DNA of 63,972 bases, the filler included, from Octopus bimaculoides (taxonomy: Eukaryota): NCBI RefSeq assembly GCF_001194135.2. It is 6 parts of 6 records of this genome, joined end to end, with 100 filler letters (N's around TTAATTAATTAA, not from the genome) between each part and the next. Parts side by side here need not be neighbours in the genome. Positions count along the whole stretch, not along the records: positions 38,362 to 62,696 come from NC_069000.1; 5 more parts are not named here. One strand, 5' to 3'. Under the pieces are notes generated by a model, which saw nothing but the letters and a program-made list of their open reading frames with translations, made no database searches and was not told the origin of the DNA. Below, piece after piece: positions 38,262 through 50,672 of this stretch. How positions within the stretch are numbered: position 1 is the stretch's first letter; each line of letters starts with the position of its first letter. Both the position numbers and the translations under genes were made by a program.

Positions 38262-38361
38262 NNNNNNNNNNNNNNNNNNNNNNNNNNNNNNNNNNNNNNN
38301 NNNNNTTAATTAATTAANNNNNNNNNNNNNNNNNNNNNNNNNNNNNNNNNNNNNNNNNNNN
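38262..38361. other. Artificial scaffold join: 44 N + TTAATTAATTAA + 44 N
   Basis: Linker at 38306-38317. Confidence 0.95.
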
Positions 38362-38544
38362 GTTTGGTGATGGTAGGGTCGGGACAAGGAACGACGGTCA
38401 GGCGGTAGTAGATGACGGACGCGATGTACGTGTTCGCCACCTCCGCCCGACCTTTCAGGGAAAGCTTCCTCTCGGCCCATTGCCGGGCTAGAGTGGCCAC
38501 CCTTCTCGTTATCTCGTCCCAGTTCTTCTCCGTTTGGAGGTCTG

Positions 38545-38545
<1 letters not shown>
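38362..38545 (-). mobile_element. Tx1/L1-clade ORF2 fragment, open frame, 5' junction at (TATC)n
   Basis: DLQTEKNWDEITRRVATLARQWAERKLSLKGRAEVANTYIASVIYYRLTVVPCP matches the W..R.LSL.GR....N...S...Y post-RT motif of L1/Tx1. (GATA)n at 38546-38668. Confidence 0.85.
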
Positions 38546-38606
<61 letters not shown>

Positions 38607-38630
38607 GTAGATAGATAGGTAGATAGATAT

Positions 38631-38669
<39 letters not shown>

Positions 38670-38850
38670 CGAATGCATATACGCACCTGCTTGTTCACCA
38701 GCATATATGTATATCAGGTAAATTTCAGTCCGCTATCGTACCATCATATTCTGGATCCTAAGACGTTCGTAAATTACGAACCCTCTCCCCTAAAATCTGC
38801 ATACTCGACTTTATACTCGCAAACAGACAACACACGCTTTAGGACGCATG

Positions 38851-38862
38851 TGCGCAGGCGCA
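38851..38862. promoter_or_regulatory. NRF1/Ewg-like motif TGCGCAGGCGCA
   Basis: Near-palindromic motif in a CpG-rich unique stretch. Confidence 0.25.
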
Positions 38863-39237
38863 AACTTCATTTGAACAGTGTCATCTCATATCGTCTATCA
38901 TTAATTTGTTTCAATTAGCAAAACGTTGGAATGTTTTACGATTAATTGGATTTTCCCCTCATCAAACATTGAGATGCATTAATAATATTCATATCTGTAA
39001 TCGATTGCAAAGAGAAAATACGTACGCAATCTATTTTTATATATTCATGGAATTCTTTATAATTAACACCATCTTTCGATTTCTCTTTTAACAGCTGAGG
39101 GTACATCGAATCAGCCAATGAAAAATGGTACAGGTAAGGAGTAATGATATTTTATAATATTTAATTACAAAATATATGTCTGTGTGTCGGTGAGACTGGG
39201 TGTTTGTCTATCTGAATATATATATACATACAAAGCA

Positions 39238-39485
39238 GAGAGCTGGCAGAAACGTTAGCACGCCAGGCGAAATGCTCAGTGGTATTTCGTCTGTCTTTAC
39301 GTTCTGAGTTCAAATTCCGCCGGGGTCGATTAAATAAGTACCAGTTACGCACTGGGGTCGACTTTTCGGGGTCGATTAAATAAGTACCAGTTACGCACTG
39401 GGGTCGATATAATCGACTTAATCCGTTTGACTGTCCTTGTTTGTCCCCTCTGTGTGTGGCCCCTTCTGGGTAGTAAAGAAATATC
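39238..39485 (+). mobile_element. SINE family B variant with internal 46-bp-period duplication
   Basis: ggggtcgattaaataagtaccagttacgcactggggtcga at 39322-39361 and 39368-39407. Confidence 0.9.
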
Positions 39486-39499
39486 AGTTGCGTACTGGG

Positions 39500-39830
39500 G
39501 GTCGATCTTATGCTTGTGATGCATGGTGTAGAGTTCTGTTGCCAGTCATACAGTCTTCCAGCAGGCACTCTTTTGACCCAGGGCAGCGATACCTCCTCCA
39601 GGCACTTGATTTAGGCCTTCGTCTTAAGTCTGAGGCCGTGTGGGGAGATGAATGGAGGCATAATGACGCCATCACTAGTTAGCACTCCAAACACCATGAT
39701 GTTGACTGAATGTTTTGATTTTTATATCTCTCGGTACATGTCTTCAGATTGCACTGTCCTCAGATTGACACTCGGGGCGAATACCAAGCAGTACAGCATG
39801 TCTTTTCCAAATTTCTGGCAGACTCATTAT
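39500..39830 (-). mobile_element. maT-like deletion derivative (same family as 30463-30968)
   Basis: DNA match to 30720-30830 fused to VNIMVFGVLTSDGVIMPPFISPHGLRLKTKA*IKCLEEVSLPWVKRVPAGRLYDWQQNSTPCITS (catalytic WQQD region). Confidence 0.85.
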
Positions 39831-41709
39831 GCTTCACTAAAAAGAAGTGAGTTCCGACTGTAAAACTTTAAAGGGATAAAACCAGAAAATCGAAATTGAA
39901 ATAAATTTGGAAGCCACTGCTTTAGAAATTATGCTGCTATTTAAAAAATGTGTCGTTTTATAGACAAGGCTATAATTTTTTTTCTGAGATAAATTTTCAA
40001 TGACGTTAACTTTGGCTTCCAAGACCTGGATTCTATCAAATAAGAATCAATTAAATCCCAGGAAATTAGTATTAATAATACGCTTAATGAAGGTTCCCTT
40101 TCTTATAATAAGCTTCTTTTCTTTCTTTATTTTTTCTCTCTCTCTCTAAACTGTTCGGTTTCTATGTAATTGACAGAAATTCGTATATGTTAGTCAACAA
40201 CAATACATCTGACATAATTTGAAGAAAGTTATTTCTCATTACTTCTTTGGTAATAGTCATTTTCTTGCTCTGAACTAATATGCGAAACGACGCTAGTGAA
40301 ATGCCATAAAGCACTCTACTAAAATACCATTTTACTATGTTTAGCAATGACCTAAGCGACCCTAGAAAATACGTTATTTTGTTAGGGTTTATAACAACAA
40401 CGTGAGCAGCACTAGTAAGTAAGTAGGTATTTTTTTGTCCACAACAATACTGTAAGCGATACTAACAATGTGTTATTTTCTACTCTATAACAATGTTCTT
40501 AACGACACCGAAACCAAGTGTTTACAAAACGAAAGAAGTACCGAATGACTCTGGAATAGATAAAAAAATTCGTTCATTGATTTTAGCATTGTTATCTTTT
40601 CCTTCTTCCCATTCAGCCTCCTTAATTTTAGCTTTTTACTTACCCTCTTGTTATTTTTATCCATGTCTTATTTAAAAGCTGGTATCTATTAATATTATAC
40701 GAATTTTTTTTCCCCGTGTCTTAATGCTGTGCGCATGAGTATGTGCCATACAGGTACATATCTATTAATGTCTGTCTGCATCTGTTTGCTTACAACTAAA
40801 TACAAATGCTGTCAAATTTTACGTATCCATATGTAGCTTTTTACATATAATTTTCAGTGTTTTTGAGAACTTGACATTTATTATGCATCCAACTTTATTT
40901 ATTGTGTAATTTGAAGAAAATATGTAACACATGGCAAATTCGTAGTTGTAAAAAATGCTGAGTACACCGTACTTGCATGCCCCCGTTCAATTTTGAATTT
41001 TAATCCCAAAGTTTTCTCCCCTGCTTCTTTTGACTAGTATTAATTAATCCCCATATAATTTTACTTCCTCCCTGCGTGTGTAATTTTTTTTTCAATTGAT
41101 AACTTATTGGCTTACTACATTGGGTTTGCAACCACTTAGCATTTAGAAATATATAGACGCAGTGTCATGCTTAAATCAGTTTGACATCCATTTGGTGACA
41201 GCCACGTAAACGTGTTCAATTCTGTTGCATTTCACGTACCAAATACAAATAGTAATGAGAAACTATATATGGAGCAAATGATAAATTGGATCAAAGTCAT
41301 TAAAGATTCTCGTAAGTGGTTAAGTTTAAAACACTTTCTGTTCAATGCAGCAAGTCTAATAATTATGCTGTAACTTCACGAAAAATGCGATGAAAGTCCA
41401 GTGAATGCTCAGTTCGATCAAAGGTGATTCCTAGATTTTGAAATCAATGGAATAAATCACCATCGTCCTCCACTGCCTCTTCTAAGCAGGTGAATCATAT
41501 GGATCGCCATTTTGGTCTTTCCTGCGCTGCCCTTACGCTTTTCCTGTATTTTCTGTCCATCATTTCATAATACCTATCTACGTAATTCTCGACTTCCCTC
41601 TTCTTATTTTCCCAATATTTTATGCTTTCTGTTCATAATTCTAGTCGACCATTTTGTCTAATTCAGTATCTAAAATATTTCAATTTTCTCACTTTGATAG
41701 TGTTTACTC

Positions 41710-42035
41710 TTTTACTCTTTTACTTGTTTCAGTCATTTGACTGTGGCCATGCTGGAGCACCGCCTTTTAGTCGAGGAAATCAACCCCAGGATTTATTCTT
41801 TTGTAAGCCTAGTACTTATTCTATCGGTCGTTTTTGCCGAACCGCTAAGTTACGGGGATGTAAACACACCAGCATCGGTCGTCAAGCGGTGTTGGGGGGA
41901 CAAACATATACATACACGCATACTTATACATATATACGACAGGCTTCTTTTAGTTTCCGTCTAACAAATCCACTCACAAGGCTTTGGTCAGTCCGAGGCT
42001 ATTGTGGAAGACACATGCCCAAGGTGCCACGCATG
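41710..42035 (-). mobile_element. SINE family A, head-truncated
   Basis: (TTTTACTC)n tail, body with intact CpGs, central (CA/TA). Confidence 0.9.
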
Positions 42036-42406
42036 TAACGTCGTCTGACAGCTACGGAATTTGAAATTCCTGCTCGTAAATTAATTCGGATCTAAGCTGC
42101 TCCGGAGCAACAATGTTTGGAAAGTTGGTGTTGTACTTTGTATACTAAAGTTAGTCTGAAAGTTAATGCAAAGAGTTTGATATCAGCGTTACGTTAGATA
42201 TTGTAGAAAATATATTTACTGCTGATTAACGGCAATAATATCGAATGTACATTCGCATGCCACATTAATTTTCATTTAATTTTCCTTTATTTTATTTATT
42301 TTAAACTCTATATAAGCTCTTCCTTCTGTTCTGATCTTTGTTATGTCACCGGATACTTGATTTAGAATAGCTAAACAGATTGAATTTATTTACACAAGTG
42401 TTTGTC

Positions 42407-42451
<45 letters not shown>

Positions 42452-43270
42452 CAGCAGCAATAGTGAGGGGTGTAACGGTAGTGGAGGCGGCTGCGGGGTT
42501 AGTGATGGTGACGGTAACGGTGGCGGTAACGGTGGTGGTGGTGGTGGTGGTGGTGGTGGTGGTGGTGGNNNNNNNNNNNNNNNNNNNNNNNNNNNNNNNN
42601 NNNNNNNNNNNNNNNNNNNNNNNNNNNNNNNNNNNNNNNNNNNNNNNNNNNNNNNNNNNNNNNNNNNNNNNNNNNNNNNNNNNNNNNNNNNNNNNNNNNN
42701 NNNNNNNNNNNNNNNNNNNNNNNNNNNNNNNNNNNNNNNNNNNNNNNNNNNNNNNNNNNNNNNNNNNNNNNNNNNNNNNNNNNNNNNNNNNNNNNNNNNN
42801 NNNNNNNNNNNNNNNNNNNNNNNNNNNNNNNNNNNNNNNNNNNNNNNNNNNNNNNNNNNNNNNNNNNNNNNNNNNNNNNNNNNNNNNNNNNNNNNNNNNN
42901 NNNNNNNNNNNNNNNNNNNNNNNNNNNNNNNNNNNNNNNNNNNNNNNNNNNNNNNNNNNNNNNNNNNNNNNNNNNNNNNNNNNNNNNNNNNNNNNNNNNN
43001 NNNNNNNNNNNNNNNNNNNNNNNNNNNNNNNNNNNNNNNNNNNNNNNNNNNNNNNNNNNNNNNNNNNNNNNNNNNNNNNNNNNNNNNNNNNNNNNNNNNN
43101 NNNNNNNNNNNNNNNNNNNNNNNNNNNNNNNNNNNNNNNNNNNNNNNNNNNNNNNNNNNNNNNNNNNNNNNNNNNNNNNNNNNNNNNNNNNNNNNNNNNN
43201 NNNNNNNNNNNNNNNNNNNNNNNNNNNNNNNNNNNNNNNNNNNNNNNNNNNNNNNNNNNNNNNNNNNNNN

Positions 43271-43315
<45 letters not shown>

Positions 43316-45119
43316 CACATACATATACAGCCATGTATATAAATACATAGGGAAACTAATTGAAATTGGAACCATACAATAGTAAAACTATTATATCACA
43401 TTACAATTGAGATGTTATTGTTTCACTTTGGACACGTAATACCGAAACAGTGTAAGAGATAAGAGATTGCTCCGGGTTTGCATTAGGCAAGAAGTTGAAC
43501 ATTTTTTTGACCCATGACACTCCATGGACCCTAACTAAGCCATGTGTAAAATTTGAAGGAAATCGGTTGGGTAGTTCTCGAATTGTAGTGACGCACACAT
43601 GCATACGTACATACAAACATACATACTTACATAAATACATAGACAGACACGCATTCTCAGTTTTATATATATATAGATATATATAGAGAGAGAGATAGAG
43701 AGACATGAATACATACATATATCAATATGCATACACTCACGTATATGTATATGTATGTATATATTGTCTGTATGTGTGTGTGTTTGTTTGTTTGTTTATA
43801 GCTTAAATAGTAAACATATCTCTGTTATGTCTATATACATACATACGTTTATGATTCACGTACATATATGTATATAGATACATATATATAGAGGGGAAAA
43901 ATATAGATAGAGAGATAGAGAGATAGAGAGATAGACAAGCAGACAGACAGACATATACATACAAGCAGGCATGCATGAATACATATTCTAGGATGGCCTG
44001 TAAATTAATCAAGCGTGATTTCATTGCAGCCTCAAAGAGTAAGTAACCGAATTCATTGCCATACCTTTTATCTACAGAGTAATTTTATCTTTAAAGTTTA
44101 TTTTAAAGTTTTCATTAGCAAAGAAAATAAATAACACGTCGCCTTTAATCAACAGTGATAAAAAAAAAAATGTTTTTCTTAGTTTATTCATTTATGGCCT
44201 TCTGCAGAGCTCTTTAGACGCGTTTCATTTCTTTTTAAGCTTTTAAGCTGCAAGATGAAACAAGTTGTTTTTGTTTTTGTCGTTGATGTGATGTTTTATT
44301 TCTTTCCTTCGATTACAACACCACGAAAAATATACCAAAATATTATTAAATAACGGAAAAGAAATATTATATCGTGTTATCCATTCCCAGTTAATCATAA
44401 TATGACTGTTTATTTTTTAACTAAATAATTTATACTATTAATACTGGTTATTACAGACATCAAACTACGTAGCTTTAACATCTTGTATTATATTTCAAAC
44501 TAATACGGAAATGACAAAAGCATATGTCTACGTTAGAGCATAAATGTACACCAGCTTTCATTAAGAAATATGAAAGAAATTCAACGAAAGAATTATTTAG
44601 CATCAAGTTTACATAATACAAATAAACATGATAAATAAATTGAAGTTATTCTTAAAAATATAAGAGAAGTGCTTATTGTAAGCTTTTATTGTACTAGTGA
44701 GATCTATTATAGTGTAATAGCATGCGCTATTTTACTTAGGAGAAAGAGAAAAATTATTCTAGAAAGTCAAGTGATACATGATTCGTAAATAATCAATTTT
44801 ACCATTATGATATTCATTAAAGATATGTTGAAATCTCACAACATTTTGAAATTTTTTTGTCTAATATTCAATGTCTGCATCAATGGTACTTTCTTTTATA
44901 ACTTTATATCTCGATTACTCCTTTTTAACGGTTTCCAATAACTGTTCAGATTTTAATATGCATATTTTCTTTGCAAAAAGAAGAAAAATAAAGCATTAAA
45001 TTATGCTTGAAGATGTGCTTTCTCTCCAGGTTGAAAAAAAAGACATAAAAACGGAAATAATATATAATGATGCATTTAGTTGTATCGGTTTGCGATGTAA
45101 TTATTCTTTCCTACTTTAA

Positions 45120-45430
45120 GCACGAGGCCCGAATTTTTGGGGGATTAGATCCAGTGGGGAGGAAGCCAGTCGACTAGATCGACCCCAGTACGCAACTAGT
45201 ACTTAATTTATCAACCCCGAAAGGATGAAAGGCAAAGTCGACTTCGGCGGAATTTGAACTCAGAACATAAAGACAGACGAAATATCGCCAAGCATTTCGC
45301 TCGGTGATATTTCGTCTGTCTTTACATCCTGAGTTCAAATTCCGCCGAGGTCGACTTTCCTTTCGGGGTCGATAAATTAAGTACCGGTTGCATACTGGGT
45401 CGATCTAATCGACTGTCCCCCAACCAAAAA
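45120..45430. mobile_element. Palindromic head-to-head SINE family B structure
   Basis: Arms 45167-45289 and 45303-45415 are reverse complements around the 13-nt spacer aagcatttcgctc. Confidence 0.9.
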
Positions 45431-46285
45431 ATTTCTATATTAAACAAGAATATTATTACACTACGTTAAACAATAAGATACACATTTGAATTCCTTTGAA
45501 CTATTCAGTTTGCNNNNNNNNNNNNNNNNNNNNNNNNNNNNNNNNNNNNNNNNNNNNNNNNNNNNNNNNNNNNNNNNNNNNNNNNNNNNNNNNNNNNNNN
45601 NNNNNNNNNNNNNNNNNNNNNNNNNNNNNNNNNNNNNNNNNNNNNNNNNNNNNNNNNNNNNNNNNNNNNNNNNNNNNNNNNNNNNNNNNNNNNNNNNNNN
45701 NNNNNNNNNNNNNNNNNNNNNNNNNNNNNNNNNNNNNNNNNNNNNNNNNNNNNNNNNNNNNNNNNNNNNNNNNNNNNNNNNNNNNNNNNNNNNNNNNNNN
45801 NNNNNNNNNNNNNNNNNNNNNNNNNNNNNNNNNNNNNNNNNNNNNNNNNNNNNNNNNNNNNNNNNNNNNNNNNNNNNNNNNNNNNNNNNNNNNNNNNNNN
45901 NNNNNNNNNNNNNNNNNNNNNNNNNNNNNNNNNNNNNNNNNNNNNNNNNNNNNNNNNNNNNNNNNNNNNNNNNNNNNNNNNNNNNNNNNNNNNNNNNNNN
46001 NNNNNNNNNNNNNNNNNNNNNNAGTAGATGAAGCTCATCTATGTGAAAACCGTCAATTGGTAATTTTTAAATTGAATTATTGTGTATATTAAATAAAACG
46101 ATTCAGTAATATATTAAATATATATAAATAAGCGCGTGTACGTGTCTGTGTGTCTGTACGTATGTGTATATGTATATATATAAATATATATGCATAAATA
46201 TATATATGAATCCACACATTATACATATACATATATTAGACATGCATGAGTGTGTGTGTGTGTGTCTGTGTGTGTGTCTGTGTGT

Positions 46286-46331
<46 letters not shown>

Positions 46332-46607
46332 GAAATTAAGAAGATCGCAATTCTAAATTATTGAATTATTGTCAAGAAGCTAATCAAATTCTTTTTTTGT
46401 ATTACTTTGCATAATTTAAGCAGTTTTGGGAAAGAAATTTCGAACGAAATATTTTTAATCTAGCATTAATGTTTAATTATTGGTTGCAATATAATAAATT
46501 ATATTTTTTCCTATGCATCTGCCATGACTTCAAATTATATTCAAATACATAACAAAGCTTTTGTAACTTGCACGCATTGCACATAAATACGCGTGTAAAC
46601 AATCGTC

Positions 46608-46639
<32 letters not shown>

Positions 46640-46659
46640 CATACATATGTATATATAAC

Positions 46660-47002
46660 CTCACAACCGCGGGTTCAGTCCCACTGCGTGGCACTATGAT
46701 CAGGTGTCTTCTACTATAGCTCCGGGCCGACCAAAACCTTGTGAGTGGATCTGGTAGATGGAAACTAAAAGAAGCCCCTTCGTATATGTATATTTGTGTC
46801 TCTGCATCTGTCCCCCCACGATCGCATGACAACGGATGTTGTTGTGTTTACGTCTCTTGTAACTTTGCAGTTCGGCAAAAGAGCCCGATAGTATAAGTAT
46901 TAGGCTTACAAAGAATAAGTCCTGGGGTCGATTTTTTCTACTAAAGGCTGTGCTTCAGGATGGCCGCTGTCAAATGACTGAAACAAATAAAAGAATAAAA
47001 GA

Positions 47003-47005
<3 letters not shown>
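46660..47005 (+). mobile_element. SINE family A
   Basis: gggttcagtcccactgcgtggc..aaatgactgaaacaaataaaagaataaaagaata. Confidence 0.9.
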
Positions 47006-47043
<38 letters not shown>

Positions 47044-47549
47044 CAGACGCACAGGCATATATATAGACATTACAGACATACAAGACTTCGGGTAGGTATT
47101 AGATTATGCATAACATATATTCATGTTTATAAGTAACAAGGCAAAGCTCTGATTACAAGTAATTCTAAAGGTTATTGATCAAATATCTTGGCTCTCAGAC
47201 TATTTGCTTTGAGTTCTTTATTCTAAGTACCCTGACAATGTTGCTTTTGAACATGTCATCTCCGTAAATAAGTATTTCTTTAGCACAAGAAATATGTCAA
47301 AAACATCGCACATCAATCTGGGTTTGGCTTCATATATTCTTCATTAGGTAAAAATCGATATTTGTGTCTGGACAGTAAAATCAATCAGAAACTGAAATTT
47401 TCAAAAAAATTTTTCCAACTCGATTAAATTAGATCATAGAACATTATCTCCCTTAATATGTTTTAGAGATTAAGCTTCTATGTTATAATGTCATTGTTTT
47501 TTCATTCTGTGATATGGTATTGTTATGTTACGGAAGGCGGTGAGGAAGT

Positions 47550-47745
47550 GGAATCATTAGCGTGACAGACAGAATGCCTAGCAGCATTTCTCTGGGTTTT
47601 ATATTTTGAATTCCAATACCACCAAAATCAACAGTGCTTTTTGTCCTTTCGGAGTTGATAAAATAAGTACCCATTGAGTTCTGGGGTCGATGAAATCGAC
47701 TTCCCCATTCCCCAAAACTTCACGCTTTACGCCAATAGTAGAGAC
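47550..47745 (+). mobile_element. SINE family B, diverged
   Basis: gaaggcggtgaggaagtggaatcattagc..aaataagtacc..ggggtcgatgaaatcgac. Confidence 0.75.
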
Positions 47746-48094
47746 TATTATGTTAATGTAAAGGAATAGTCATCAGTAGCGAAACATGGTTTTATATATT
47801 CTTACAAAGGTGTTGCAAATGAATGGATGGATGGGTGGATGATATTTTTGCATAGTTAGACATAATGATTAAGTTTATCAATATTTAAACAGGTCATATA
47901 TATTTGAGAGATTTCAATGTTTTTCTCCAGAGATTGTATACGCACGCAGATACACACATACACTACACACACATATATATATATACATATCTATGAATAC
48001 AGACACACACACACACACACACACACATGTATATTCTTGGATTTTGTGGCGTATATAATAATACCCCACACCCTGGATGGGTCGCTGATCAGTT

Positions 48095-48240
48095 TCAGGT
48101 TTACTCATTTTTGTGAATTGAGTACACTGGAGCAACGTGAAATGAAGAGTTCTAAAAATGAAGACAACGCATCACCCCATCCATGATTCGAAACTACCAT
48201 TTTACGACCATGGTTGCAAAACCCTGAACACAAAGCCAAA
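48095..48240 (-). mobile_element. CORE-like SINE 5' fragment
   Basis: ctggagcaacgtgaaatgaag, shared with 3585-3640, 4080-4120 and 19040-19080. Confidence 0.6.
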
Positions 48241-48261
48241 CAACACACACACACACACAGA

Positions 48262-48313
<52 letters not shown>

Positions 48314-49301
48314 NNNNNNNNNNNNNNNNNNNNNNNNNNNNNNNNNNNNNNNNNNNNNNNNNNNNNNNNNNNNNNNNNNNNNNNNNNNNNNNNNNNNNNN
48401 NNNNNNNNNNNNNNNNNNNNNNNNNNNNNNNNNNNNNNNNNNNNNNNNNNNNNNNNNNNNNNNNNNNNNNNNNNNNNNNNNNNNNNNNNNNNNNNNNNNN
48501 NNNNNNNNNNNNNNNNNNNNNNNNNNNNNNNNNNNNNNNNNNNNNNNNNNNNNNNNNNNNNNNNNNNNNNNNNNNNNNNNNNNNNNNNNNNNNNNNNNNN
48601 NNNNNNNNNNNNNNNNNNNNNNNNNNNNNNNNNNNNNNNNNNNNNNNNNNNNNNNNNNNNNNNNNNNNNNNNNNNNNNNNNNNNNNNNNNNNNNNNNNNN
48701 NNNNNNNNNNNNNNNNNNNNNNNNNNNNNNNNNNNNNNNNNNNNNNNNNNNNNNNNNNNNNNNNNNNNNNNNNNNNNNNNNNNNNNNNNNNNNNNNNNNN
48801 NNNNNNNNNNNNNNNNNNNNNNNNNNNNNNNNNNNNNNNNNNNNNNNNNNNNNNNNNNNNNNNNNNNNNNNNNNNNNNNNNNNNNNNNNNNNNNNNNNNN
48901 NNNNNNNNNNNNNNNNNNNNNNNNNNNNNNNNNNNNNNNNNNNNNNNNNNNNNNNNNNNNNNNNNNNNNNNNNNNNNNNNNNNNNNNNNNNNNNNNNNNN
49001 NNNNNNNNNNNNNNNNNNNNNNNNNNNNNNNNNNNNNNNNNNNNNNNNNNNNNNNNNNNNNNNNNNNNNNNNNNNNNNNNNNNNNNNNNNNNNNNNNNNN
49101 NNNNNNNNNNNNNNNNNNNNNNNNNNNNNNNNNNNNNNNNNNNNNNNNNNNNNNNNNNNNNNNNNNNNNNNNNNNNNNNNNNNNNNNNNNNNNNNNNNNN
49201 NNNNNNNNNNNNNNNNNNNNNNNNNNNNNNNNNNNNNNNNNNNNNNNNNNNNNNNNNNNNNNNNNNNNNNNNNNNNNNNNNNNNNNNNNNNNNNNNNNNN
49301 N

Positions 49302-49419
49302 GTTGAAGAGCGTAGCTCGAAACGTCAAAGACTTTCCGTATTCCCGAGCGTCATACTAATATATACTTTTGTTATTTACACCACCTGTCCTCGTCTGTTG
49401 TTATTTTTTGTATATTCTC

Positions 49420-49425
<6 letters not shown>
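49302..49425 (+). mobile_element. Penelope-like terminal repeat fragment with hammerhead-like core
   Basis: TTGAAGA-GCGTAGCTC-GAAAC-GTCAAAGAC followed by a T-rich tail. 5' side lost in a gap. Confidence 0.45.
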
Positions 49426-49457
<32 letters not shown>

Positions 49458-50299
49458 TTCAAATTACGATAAACGTAAACAAACAAACGAAGTTTGCTTT
49501 ACAAGTGTTGAGATGTCTTAGAAAGTTAAAGAAGTGATTTTAAATTCTCAATCGCAGGATAATGCTGATATATATATATATACATGCACATACGTATGTA
49601 CACGAGTGTATGTGTGTGTATATATAGAAAAAAATAGAGAGAGGCAAAAAGAAAGATGTAGGTGCATATGCCTGTGGTATATTGTGTGAATGACTGCTCA
49701 TAAATAATATGTACAATTATATATTATTTATTTGTGATTGAACAAGAAATGTATTAGTGGAGCTGTGTGAATTTCAGTGAAGCTGGATTATAAACCTTTG
49801 CATATCTTATGCGACAGTCGATTTTAGATTTACGTTAATGATTTCCATTATATGTATTACATTTCTAAGCTACATGTATGAATGTGTAAGATATTGACAT
49901 GTCTGCATACATACGTTGTGTACGTGCGTGCGTATGTGCGTGTGTGTTTGCAGAGATTAGTTCTGCAGACAGAAATATTAAGTAACAACATCCATAGAAG
50001 ATATTGGCATGGACTTAATTGGTTGTGAAATAATCAAGCAGCAAAAATAAAAATTCAATACCCTTGTATATAATGGTGAGAAAGTGTCTTTGGAGTGAGG
50101 TTCTAGAGTAAACGAAACTAGAAGACAATGGACAACAAACTAGTGTTAATGGACTTCATCGTAGTTCTTCATTGATTGACAAATAGCTGCAAATATTGAC
50201 AGAAGCAAATAGCATTAGGAAATAGTAAAGGTGCCATGTGTGTGGTGTTGTTGTTGTGGTGGTGGTGGTGGTGGTGGTGCCATGAGTGTGATGTGGTGT

Positions 50300-50348
<49 letters not shown>

Positions 50349-50672
50349 TCATCACTGTGTGATATTGACAACTAATTAAACATGAATCATTTTTAATTTT
50401 TCCCACACATCTCTCTCCATTTCTGATAAGCTATAAGTTAACAACAGTTGGGTCTTTCTGCAGCACGATTATCTTCTGTCAAGAACTTTCATTAAGAAGC
50501 AATCATGTATGAGTACATACACTCACACATACATACATACATACATACATACATACATACATACATACATACATACATACATAAGTACGTACCTACATAC
50601 ATAAGTACGTACATACATATGTATGTATATATATAAAAACATCTGCGTGTATGTATATAGTCTGTGTGTATG

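Noticed and set aside
41505-41513. YY1-like CGCCATTTT / minus-strand start context
   Set aside because: Single short motif. The implied ORF stops after 17 codons.
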